Shown piece after piece: positions 18,701-30,700 of a stretch of DNA of 64,000 nt. This DNA is from Bacteroidales bacterium UBA2939 (GTDB taxonomy: Bacteria; Bacteroidota; Bacteroidia; Bacteroidales; P3): assembly GCA_002349055.1 (NCBI GenBank), contig DECD01000024.1, forward strand, positions 10,503 through 74,502. The letters are read 5' to 3'. The stretch's first letter is position 1. Each line of letters begins with the position of its first letter. A model generated the notes under the pieces. It did no database searches, was not told the DNA's origin, and was given only the letters and a program-made list of their open reading frames with translations. A program made the translations under genes and the position numbers.

Positions 18701-21700
18701 TCTCGCCGCCGCCGTAGACGGAGCCGTTGATGAGCGGGTTGGGGGTGACGGAGTCGGTAATGGTGCCGGAGGTGCCGATGGTGACGAAGGTTGCGTTGGT
18801 GTAGGCGATGGAGTCGTAGATGGAGCCCGGAGCGCCAATCTCGCCTCGCGAGGCACCGAAGACCATGCCGTTGTTGTGGCCCGAGGTGCCGATGGTGCCA
18901 CCGGTGACGGTGACGTGGCAGTTGCCTGAAGACACGTCGCTGCCGGCATGATTAGTCGGGCAGCTGAACACACTGGAGAGGGAGGCGGTGAGGGGGAAGA
19001 CATCACCCTTTTCGAGGATGATAGAGCCGCTGGTATAGTCGTGGGAAGCAATCCAATAGTCGCCGACAGAGGCATTGGCGCCGCCGCCGTAGACATGGTG
19101 GAGAATCTGCACATCGGAGGCCGAAGCCGCGTTGATAAGGACGTTGGTATTGCCGTAGACGAGGCCCGAGCGTACGGAGAGGGAGTCGGTGACGGCGAGG
19201 GAGTCGGCGAAGGAGCGTGGTGTATTGTAGTACGTTCTAATGACAGAGCGGTCGTTGCGGCGGTAGGCGATGTCTGTGTGGCCGGTGCCGCTAGCTCGCT
19301 GGGCGTTGGTGATATATTTACCGTCGCGGGTGAGGTAGGCTTCGTAGCGGTCCTCACCGCAGCCGCCGCCGAAGACATTGCCCTCGAGGGAGCCGTAGTT
19401 CCGGTCGCCGGCGGTGCCTATCTTGCCCTTGGTGATGCGGACGTCGGTGGAGTTGTTGACGTGGCCGTTGTAGCCGCCGCCGTAGACGTTGCCGGTGATG
19501 TAGTTGGTGGACGAAGGAGCATCGGTGTAGTTAATTCGGACGACAGCGTTGGTGACACAGGTGGCGGAGTCCCAGCAGTTGCCGTACATAATGCCGACAC
19601 CCGCGCGACCGCGGCCGGCGCCGAAGACATTGCCATAGAGGTTCTGCGAGGAGTCGGTGGCATCAATGACGATGCCGATGAGGCCGCCGGTAACGTCGAC
19701 CCAAGAGCGGCCTTCAGGGCTGGTGAGGGTGGGGGTGGTGTTCACATAGCCCACCCCGGTCTGACGACCGACGGAGGCCAGAGAGCCGCCGCCGAAGACG
19801 TTGTGGTGGACGTGGCCACCGGAGATGACGACATGGGTGGCGTTCTTAACCCATCCCGTGGTGAGGTTGGGCAAATTGTTTTGGTCGAGGTCGACACCAC
19901 GGCCGCCGCCGTAGACGTTACCCACGTAGTCGTTAATCCAGCGGTTATCGTCCTTGCGTTTACCGTTACCAATCTCGCAGGAGCCGGAGATGGTGACGAG
20001 AGTGGAGTCGAGGACACGGCCGTTCTCGCCGCCGCCGAAGACGCATCCGCGCACCTGGGCACTGCCGTCCACGGTGACGTTAGTAATGTTGACGAAGGCC
20101 ATGGTATTGTAGAAGCCATCGCTCCTTGCCACACCACGTGCGCCACCGAAGACACGACCGTTGTTGCGGCCATTGGTGCCGATGCGGGTGTTGGTGCCGG
20201 AGATATTGACGAAGGTCTTTCCGGTACCCGCGACAGCAATCATATTGGCGATTTCGGGGCCATTGGTATAGTCGCCCACGGAGGCCATGGAGCCGCCGCC
20301 GTAGACGGAGTGATAGACGATGCCGCCAGAGATTTCGACCTTAGCGTTGCCGAAGACACGTCCGGCGAAGCGGCTGAGGCCGTGGTCGACATCATGTTCA
20401 TCGATGTTATGGTCGACACCGCGGCCGCCGGCATAGACATTGCCGAGGAAGGTGTGGTGGCCTGTGGTCATACGGCCCCAGTGGTCGGTGAGGGTGTCAG
20501 CTGCGTCGATGCCGGAGTAGTAGTCGACACCGTTGACGGTGGCGTCGACAGTGGCAGGCAGTGGGACGCCCATGGCGGTATAGGTCTCGGCCGTCTTGCC
20601 GCCGATGACGCCGTTGGTCATCTTGACGTGGGCGTTTTGGGAGACGTGGCCGTTGGAGCCGCCGCCGAAGACAGCCCCGCGGATGTCGGCCACACTTCTA
20701 ACTCCCTCTATGGTGGTGTCGCCGATGAAGACGAAGGTGTTGTGGGCGTAGGCCATGTGGTAGTATTCGTCGTCGCTTCCCGTGCCCGCCATACCGCGGC
20801 CGGAGCCGAAGACGTAGCCATCGTTGTGGCCTGTGTTACCGATGCGGCCGCCGAGGATGCGCACATGGGCGAGGCCGGTGCCAGTGACGGGGTCGCCCTT
20901 CTTATAGGCGCGGGTAATGGCAGCGGTAGCAGAGTTCATATCGTCGTCGAAGGAGTAGGTTCCGGAGATGGGGTTGCCCATGATGTCGTGGGCACCACCT
21001 ACGATGTCGTGGATGGTGTCGCCGACGGAGGCCAGGGAGCCGCCGCCGAAGACGTCGTGGTGGATGATGCCGCCGGTGACCTCGACATAGGTGTTGCCGA
21101 AGACGCGGCCGGCTGTGAGGCTGTGGTGGTGCTGGGCGTCGGACTCATCGATACCGCGTCCACCGCCGTAGACATTGCCGGTGTAGATGTTGGCACCCAC
21201 ACCTTCGGAGGTTTCGGCATGCTCGGCAGCGGTGAGTTCGGTGCCGATTTCGCCGTCCTTAATCTTGACGGAGGTATTTCTCCAGACGTGGCCGTTCTCG
21301 GCGCCGCCGAAGACGGAGCCATAGACGCGGGCGGTGCCACCAATGGTGACATTAGCGTCGCCCACATAATTATAATAGGCATAGCTGTAGGTGTAACCTC
21401 CAATCGTGGACTTACCGGCGTAGCCGTAGCCCGCGCCGTAGACATTGCCGAAGGCATCGTTTTCGGTGGCGTGGTCGTTAGGGTCGGCGCCGATGAAGCC
21501 ACCCGTGATGGTGACGTGGGTGTTGCCGTGGGTCATAGTGTAGCCGCCACCCGGAGCAGGGCCGAAGGTACCCACAGAGGCCAGCTCACCTCCGCCGTAG
21601 ACATTCTTCTTCACCGTACCGTCAGTGATGTTGACATAGGTGTCCACCGAGACATTGGCTGCGATGGAGTCGCCGGTGTAGCCCTTGCCGGCGCCGTAGA

Positions 21701-24700
21701 TGTTGCCCTCGATGACGCTGTTGGCGTTCTGCATGTTGACATAGGCGGTGCCGTAGACTTCAGCCAGCTCGCCGCCGCCGTAGACATTACCGGAGGTAGG
21801 CGGAAGGCTGTCGTAGGTGTCGTTATAGTTGCGCACGGTGGAACCCTTTACCCAAGCGGTATGGCCCGCCACGTTGTCGCCGATGTTGACCTGCGGGTTG
21901 GAGGTGCAGCGACCCAAGTCAGCAGCATCGCGCGAACTCGTACCATCCGCCGCATTGATGGTGCTCTTGTCACCCTTGCCGCCGCCGAAGACGTTGCCGG
22001 TAATGCCGTTGGGGATGTGCTTGACATTGATCACAGGCGAGGTGATGGTGGCGTCGGCAGGCGTGTAGGTGGCAACGTTGGAGCCGCCGTAGAGGTTGGT
22101 GAGGTTGAGGGGGCACTCAACATTCTCGTCGTCGAGGACGTTGACGGTAATGACGCCGCCGATGTTGCCTTTGGCGTTGCTGCCGCCGAAGGCATTGGCA
22201 ATGGTGCCGCCATAGAGGTTGAGGGTGACGTTACCGGAAATGTCGGAAGCCACAGACTGGTCGCCAGCCACGTTCGGGTCGTCGAGCCTGCCGCGCGAGC
22301 CGCCGTAGACGTAGTTGTAGGTGCCACCATAGATGTTAAGGGTGACGTTGCCGGTGATGCTGGCGAGGTTGGCGCCGCCATAGATTTCGTCGAAGTGGTA
22401 GTCGCCGCAGGCGATGGTTATCTCGCCGCCGGAGCCGGGGGCATGGTTGCCGCCGCCATAGATGACACCGATGAGGTTTTCGCAAGAGGGCCCTGCGTCG
22501 GCGCGGTCGTTGTCGAGGTTGAGGGCAACGGTGCCGATGTTACCTCTGGTGTTGGAGCCACCGAAGACGGTGTCGATGAGGCCGCCGTGGATGTCGGTGC
22601 GGGCGGTGCCGCTGACGTTGGCTGCCGACGTTTCGCCGTTGCCGCCACCGAAGAGGCGGTGGATGCGGCCGCCGTCGATGATGATGTGGTTGTTCTTGGT
22701 GTTTGCCGCGTTGCCGCCGCCATAGAGGTCGCAAATGGTGTTCTCCTCGCAGTAGTGGACATAGACGTTGGTGGTGCCGTTGGCGGCATAGGGGGTATGA
22801 GCGGCCAGGTTGCCACCGCCGTAGACCGCCTGGAGGGCGTAGGTCTGGGAGAGGGCGTTGGTGGCCAGCTCTTCATTGTTGGTGATGCCAGTGGGATAGA
22901 GGTTGTGTGCGGCGTCAGCGCCGTGGGCGGTACGATAGATATGTACGGAGGTGTTGCCGTAGGGGGTACCCGCGACGTTGTTGGCGCCAAAGACCATGCC
23001 AGTACCGCTGAAGGTGGCGCCGGTGCCGGTGGGGCCAGCTTCGCCGATATTGACGTTGGTGTTGCCGCGGCTGCCGGTTTGTTCGTAGCCGACGGAGGCC
23101 ATTTCGCCGCCTCCGAAGACCTCGCCGAGGAGGGTGCCGCCGGTGACATTGACGAAGGTGTTGCCGTAGACGCGACCAGCGAGGACCGCGGGAGTGGCGT
23201 CGGCCTGGGCACGCTTGCCAGTGGCATAGTCGGTGGTGGCAGCAGTCACTGAGTCGTTGTCGTCCAATGTGTTGTCGAGGCTGCCGTAGCCGCCGCCGTA
23301 GACGGAGCCGAAGTAGTAGGCGTCGCCGCCGGTATGGCCAGAAGTGGTGGTATATGCGGGTACGAGGGTGCCGATGGTGCCGCCGGTGACGTTGACGGTG
23401 GTGTTCTGCGAGACAGAACCCATCTCGCCGCCGCCGTAGACGGAGCTCTTGATGATACCACCGGAGATATTGACGGTGGTCTGCTTGGCACGTCCGAGGG
23501 AAGGCCAGCGGGGGTTGTGGGTGCTGCCGTCCATGGCGACGATACGTCCCATGGAGCCACCGTAGACGTTGCCGCCCTTGGTATGGAGCAGTCGGTTACC
23601 AGCGTTGCTCTCCTGATAGGAGGTGTTGCGGAGGTCACCGTTGGAGGCCTTCTGGGCATCGGAGGGGTAGGTATACTCGGCGTTGTTGCCGATGGTGCCG
23701 CCGGAGATGTTGACGGTGATGTGGCCGTGGGTGTTACCGCCGGCATTGGGGCGCAGTTGGCCGTAGTTGGGGTCGGAGACTGGCACGAGGTAGGTACCCA
23801 CGGAGGCCAGACGGCCGCCGCCATAGACGGAGCCGAGCATGGTGCCGCCGGTGATGTTGACCTCGATGTTGCCACCCACAACACCTGCCGTGAGGGCCTC
23901 GCCGGAGAATCCGCGGCCGCCGCCGAAGATGTTGCCGTCGACGTAGGAGGTGCCGAGGGTACCGATCTTGGTGGCCGAGCCTGCTATGGCTTGGGCGTTG
24001 GAGCCCTCGCTGCCGGAGATGTTGACTGTGGCGTTGCCGAGGACGTGGCCGTCCTCGCCGCCGCCGAAGACGGAGCCGTAGACCCAGCCGCCTGAGACGG
24101 TGACGGTGGCATTGCGCACGTTGGTCCATTCGTTGAAGAAGATACGTGCGTCGCCCTTACCAGCGCCGAAGAGGTAGCAGGTGACGGGGTGTGCCGCAAT
24201 CTGGTCGAGGGTGCGGGGCACGCCGAGGGTGCCGCCAGTCATGGTAATCACGGCGTCGCCAAGGACGTCGGTGACCTCGTTACCGCCGTAGGCGGAGGTG
24301 AGGATGTGGCCGCCCTTGATTTCGACGAGGGTATTGCCCTCGACGCGACCGGAGGAGCGGATCCAGATGGCGCTGTCCTTGGTGCCAGTGTGGTCTTTGC
24401 CGAGGTAGGGGAAGAAGCCGGAGCCGCCGCCGAAGACCTGGCCGTAGAAGGTGTGGCCGTCGTGACCCGTTTGGTCGCCGCCATCGGCCGAGACACCTGT
24501 GGCATAATAGCCACTGGTAGCATATTTGTCGTAGACGTTATAGGGGCTGGTGTAGGGCCAGGCGTGGCACTCGAAGAGGCTGGAGCTGGTCTCCCACTGG
24601 GAGGCGGTGTAGAGCGCATCGAGGTCGCGAGCTTCGTCGGTAGCCTGCGAGTTATCCCAACCGGCGCCAATCTGGCAGTTCTCGTCGATGACGACGTGGG

Positions 24701-27700
24701 TGTTGCCCTTGACGTGTCCAGCCTCGGCACCGCCGTAGACGCAGCCCTTGACGAGAGCGGTGCCGTTGATGGTGACGAGGGTGTTGTTGACGTAGTTGAG
24801 GTGCGGGATGAGGGGGTTGCCGGTGTCCGTCGTGGTATCGGCCACGACGCCCTTGCCGCCGCCGAAGACATGGCCGAAGTCGGTGGGCATCTTGAGTGGA
24901 TGGGGGCCGACCTTACCGGCGGAGACGGTGACGGTGGTGAGACCTGTATTGGCAGCGCAGGCTGTGACGGCCTGTGTGGAGGGGTTGCGGGTGTAGCTAC
25001 CCACGGAGGCCATCTCGCCGCCGCCGTAGATATTGCCGTTGACGCGGGCATCGGCACCGTTCATGAGCACAATGGGGTTGGAGGTGACGAGACCTGCGTT
25101 GACGTTGGTCGCGCTACCCTTGCCGCCGCCGTAGATGGATCCGTTGATGGTACCCTTGGTGAAGGTGACCGTGGGCGAGGTGTTGGGATAGAGTGCCGCC
25201 GTAGCGGTAGGAGCATAGGCAGCCAGGTTGCCACCGCCGTAGACATTGCCCACTTTCATGGTGCAGGGCGAAGAGGAGCCGTTGGGGTCGCTGTCGCCTT
25301 GTGCATTGACGGTCACCGCGATGGTGCCGAGGATGTTGCCGCTGGTATTGTTGCCACCGAAGACATTGCCGATGGTGCCACCATAGATATTGGTTACGGC
25401 GTTGCCGCTGACCATAGTGAAGTTGGTTGCCACGCCGATGCCGTTACCACCGCCATAGACGTTGCCGATGCTGTCGCCACCATAGATGGAGACATTGGTT
25501 CCGGCGACCGTGGCCTGGTTGCCACCGCCGTAGACATCGCCGATGCTGACGTTGGAGCAGTTGTGGACCTTGACGGTGGGAGTGCTGCCGTAAGCCGCCT
25601 GGTTGCCGCCGCCGAAGAGGGAACCTATGGCAAAGCCCGAGAACGGCTGGGCGTCGGTGCCATAGACATCGACATTGACCGTCCGCTGCGGAGCACCGTT
25701 GACGTTGTTACAGCCGTAGACAGCACCCGTCACGGTGCCACCGTTGACGGTGACCTGGACAGGGGCGTTGACGTTGGCCGCAATACTGGCATTGCCTAGG
25801 CCACCGCCGTAGACGTTACCCGTGATGGTACCGTTGTTGAGGACGAGCTTGGTGTGGCAGGTGTCGGCGCGACTTGCGGTATTGACCGCTGCCAGGGCGC
25901 CGCCGCCGTAGACATCGCCAGTGATGGAGGGGCCTGCGGAGCCGTCGCCGATGATGACATCAGTACTGTTGGTCACTGCGGCGCGGTTACCGCCACCATA
26001 GATAGAACCTGTCTTAGCGCGTGTACCTTTTTTCTGAACGTTGACAGTGGTTCTGCCTGTCACCTGCGCTTGGTCGCCACCGCCATAGATGGTACCTTCG
26101 ACGGTGACCTTGCCACCGGCTGCGTTACCGATATTCACCACGGGGTTGCCGGTAACGGTGGCACCAGCACCCTGACCACCACCGAAGACATTGCCACCGT
26201 TGCCATTCTTCTTGGTAACGGAACCACTGTTGATAGTCACTACAGGAGTGGCAGGCTTGTTACCCACATGAGCAAGGGTTGTCTTGGGGGTGTAGGCCGC
26301 ATCGTGGCCACCACCATAGATATTGTGTACCACAAGGGGACACTCGGAGTTGACGGAGTCCACAATAATGTTTATTATGCCCTCCACGGTGCCATTGACA
26401 TCGCAACCACCATAGACATTGTCGAAAGTGCCGCCTCGCAGGATGATGGTAACATTGCCACCCTGTCCTACAGAGTCAGGAACACCTTCGCCCGTGGGTT
26501 TCTTGGCATTAGTGAAAGCTCTTACATCGGCCGGCGTGGTTGCAGTTCCCTTTGAACCACCGTACACGTTGGTGGCTGTTGCACCTGCCAGAATAAGTGT
26601 AATATTTCCATAATAATCGTTCTCCTTACTTCCTCCATAAATATTTCTATAGGTACCATAAGCACAGGTCGTTTGCGTAGTCTTACTACCGACAACCACC
26701 GTACTCGTCGAGCCACAATATAGCTCATCGGCAATTGCAGAGCCACACTTGCTGGGATCCTCACTAATATGAGGTGCGCCTCCCGTAATATTGCCATGCG
26801 CATTGGAGCCACCTACCACAGAATGTTCCCATTTACCACTGTAAAGGAAGGTAACAGTGCCATTGACATCGGCATCGACACCCGACTCACCATTACCGCC
26901 ACCCCAACCATAATCGAAGTGTCCACCGTCGACGGTGAGTACTACGCTGGGAGTAGCAGCGGCATTACCGCCACCGAAAACTCGACGCACAGTGTTGTCA
27001 CAACCGTAGATACGAGTAGTAATGGTTTTGCCATTATTAGGGAAGTCAGCCAAGTTACCACCGCCAAAAACTTGATCAATGGCAAATTGGTCGCCAGAGA
27101 CCACATTCCTAGCCGTGTGGGCTGTACCATAGATATTTACATTGACGTTGTCCATCGGCGAACCATACATATTATTTCCACCGAAGATGCAACCACCTTT
27201 ATATCCATAGGTATTGAACGTAGCATAGCCGTTATAGTCACCTCCGTTGTTCTCTCCAATATTGACAGTGACCACTCCGTTGACCTGAGCTGCATACAAG
27301 TTATCTGCATCGCCTAAACCACCACCGTAGACATCGCCGGTGATGGAACCCGAGAGGACGTTAACCGTGGTGGTATTGCTGTTGTTGGTGTTGACATTAC
27401 CGAGGGCGCCGCCACCATAGAGGTCGCAATAGAGGGTTGCACCGTCGAGGGTGACGCTAACATTGCCACTGACCAATGTGTTTTGACCGTAGCCGCCACC
27501 GAAAACGCCTGTTGCGCGTATGCCATCGGAACCTACAGTACCGTTGACGAGGGAAACAGAGCTGTTGCCCGACACCGTGCCTTTGGCGTTGCATCCGCCA
27601 TAGACACCTGTAGAGATGGTGCCGCCATTGATGGTGATTTCGCTGCTGCCCACATTGGCCGCTTTGTCCTCGGCCACATTGCCCTTACCGCCACCATAAA

Positions 27701-30700
27701 CATTGGCGATGGTACCGCCGGAGACTGTCACTTCGGTAGCACCGGTATAGGAAGCCAGGTTGCCACCGCCGTAGACATCGGCAAGGGTGCCACCGGTAAT
27801 GGTGACGCTGACATCGCCCGAAGGGGCGCCGTTGATATTGTTGCATCCGAAGACATCTCCATCGATGGTGCCATTGTTGACCGTGACGGCCACATCGCCT
27901 GCCACATTGGCTGCATGGGAACCGTCGCCGAGACCGCCACCGTAGACGTTGCCATTCACGGTGCCGTCGTCGATGGTGACGGTGGAGCCTGCTGCAGCGC
28001 CGGTGAGGCTAGCCAGGGCGCCGCCGCCGTAGACATCGACGCCTATCTGGCTGTGGCTGTTCTGCACCAGGACAGTGGTAGCTCCCACGACATTGGCCTC
28101 GCGGCCACCGCCATAGACGCTACCGGTAATCTTGGCATAATGGCCAGAGACCTCGTCGCCGATGATGACGACGGGGTTGGCCGTGACGACAGCCGTGGAA
28201 CCGAGGCCGCCGCCATAGACGCTGCCAAGGATGCTGTTGCTGCTCTTGATATGCTGGACATTCACCAGGGGCGAGGCCGAAGAGGCGCTGCTGGGAGTGT
28301 ATTCGGCTTGGTTGCCACCACCGTAGAGGTTGGTGAGAGCCAAAGAGCAGGTGCCTTCCTGGTCGAGGACGTTGACGGTGATGATGCCACCGACATTACC
28401 CTTGGCGTCGCTGCCGCCGAAGGCGTCGGTGATGGTGCCGCCGTAGAGGTTGAGGGTCACATCGCCGCTGATGGAGGCGTCGACCGTCTCGTCCACGCCG
28501 CCTGTGGCGGGATCGTCTCTCACGCCCTTGGAGCCAGCATAGACCTCATCGAAGGTGCCACCGTAGACATTGAGAGTGGTACTACCGGTGATGGAGGCCA
28601 TGTTGCAGCCGCCATAAATCTTGCTGATGGTGCTCACGCCGCACTGGATGTCGGTTTCGAGGTTGCCGGCGATGGCGGCGCGGTTGGAGCCGGCGAAGAA
28701 GACACCGATGGTCTCAGAGCAGGAGCTGGTGTGGGTGAGGGTGGTGTTGAGGGGTCCGTTGATGGAGCCGAGGATGTTGGAGCCGCCGAAGAGGGAGTCA
28801 ATGATACCGGCGTTGACGGTGAGGTCGGTACCGCCGGCGCCGATGTCGGCTGCCGCCACCTCGCCGTTACCGCCGCCGAAGATGCGTGCATAGCGGCCAC
28901 CATCGATGGTGGTACGCACGCCGTGTGCCGCTGCAGCGTCGCCGCCACCGAAGAGGTCTTCGATGGTGTTGTCGCAACCATAGACATGGACGATGGCGCG
29001 CTTGGTGGAACTCTGCGAGCCGTTTTCGGGCGCATAGCCGGCCTCGTGGCCGCCGCCGAAGACATTGGCCAGGGCGAAGGTGGGCTCACCGCTGCCATTG
29101 TTGGTGGTGTAGGAGGCCGCATTGGTGGTGTTGTGTGCCGTGGCGTAGATATTGACATTGGCATTGCCGTGCGGCGTGCCCGCGATATTGTTGGAGCCGT
29201 AGACGTTGCCGAGGATGGTGGCGCTGCCGGTGAGGGTGGCAGGATTGCCGCCGTCGGTGGCACCGATATTGACGGTAGTGTTGCCCTTGTCGGTGGCGCT
29301 GGCGTAGCGTTCGTAGCCCACGGAGGCCATCTCGCCGCCACCGTAGATATCGCCCCGGACGGTGCCAGCGGTGATGTCGATCTGGGTGTTGCCATAGACG
29401 CGTCCGGCGAGGACGTCGGCTGTCCAGGGCAGCTCCACATTGATACGGGCCTCGGTGGAGTCGTTGGCCACAGCGCGGCTGTCGCTGCTGCCGTAGCCGC
29501 CGCCGTAGACGGAGCCGAAGTAGTAGCCGCCGCTACCGATGGTGCCCACCTCGGTACCGATGGTGCCGCCGGTGATGGTGATGGTGGTGTTCTCGGCCAC
29601 CGAGCCCATCTCACCGCCGCCATAGACATTACTCTTTATGGTGCCGCCGCTGATGGTCAGCGTGGTTGATTTGGCGCGACCCATGGTAGGCCACAGGGGG
29701 TTGACGCTGCTGCCGTCCATGCCGACGATGCGTCCCATGGAGCCGGCAAAAACGTTGCCGCCCTTGGTGTGGCGCAAACAATTCTTGTGGGTACCATCGG
29801 TGAAGAACTCGGTCTTGGGGATATTGGCCTTGGCCGAAGCCGCGGCCTCGTCGGTAGCATCGGGAGCGATATAGACATATTCGCTGGTGTTGCCGATGGT
29901 GCCGCCGGAGATGTTGACGGTGATGTGGCCGTGGGTGTTGAGACCCTCATCGGGCTGCATCTTGCCGTAGTTGGGGTTGTCGGTTTGGGTGCCGGGAACT
30001 TTGGGGGGCACGAGGTAGGTGCCCACGGAGGCCAGACGGCCGCCGCCGTAGATAGAACCGAGCATGGTGCCGTCGGAGATGTTGACCTCGATGTTGCCCG
30101 AGACGACACCTGCCGTGAGGGCTTCGCCGCTGAATCCGCGGCCGCCGCCGAAGATGTTGCCGTCGACGTAGGAGGTGCCGAGGGTGCCAATCTTGGTGGA
30201 GGCGCCGCTGACGTTCACCACGACATCGCCCGTCACGTGGCCGTCCTCGCCGCCGCCGAAGATGGAGCCGTAGATCCAGCCGCCGGTGATGTTCACCTCG
30301 ACGCTGGAGATGTTGGTCCAGGTGTTGAATAAGGTACGCTGGTCGCCCTTACCGGCACCGAAGAGGTAGCAAGTGACGGGGTGGCCGTCGATTTGTGCGA
30401 GGGTGCGGGGCACGCCGAGGGTGCCGCCGCTGAAGTTCACGATGCTGCTACCCTTCACGTCGGTCTGTTCGTTGCCGCCGTAGAGGCTGGTGAGGATATG
30501 GCCGCCACTGACATCGACACGAGTGTTGCCGTAGACAACACCTGCCGACTCGAGCCATTTGCCCGGGGCGTAGGGGAAGTAGCCCGAGCCGCCGCCGAAG
30601 ACATTGCCATAGAAGGTGTGGCCGTCGGAGGCCACGCGGCGACCGCCCTTGGTCGAGGAGCCGTCCTCGTATTCTTCCTCATGGCCCGATGCAGTGCTGG

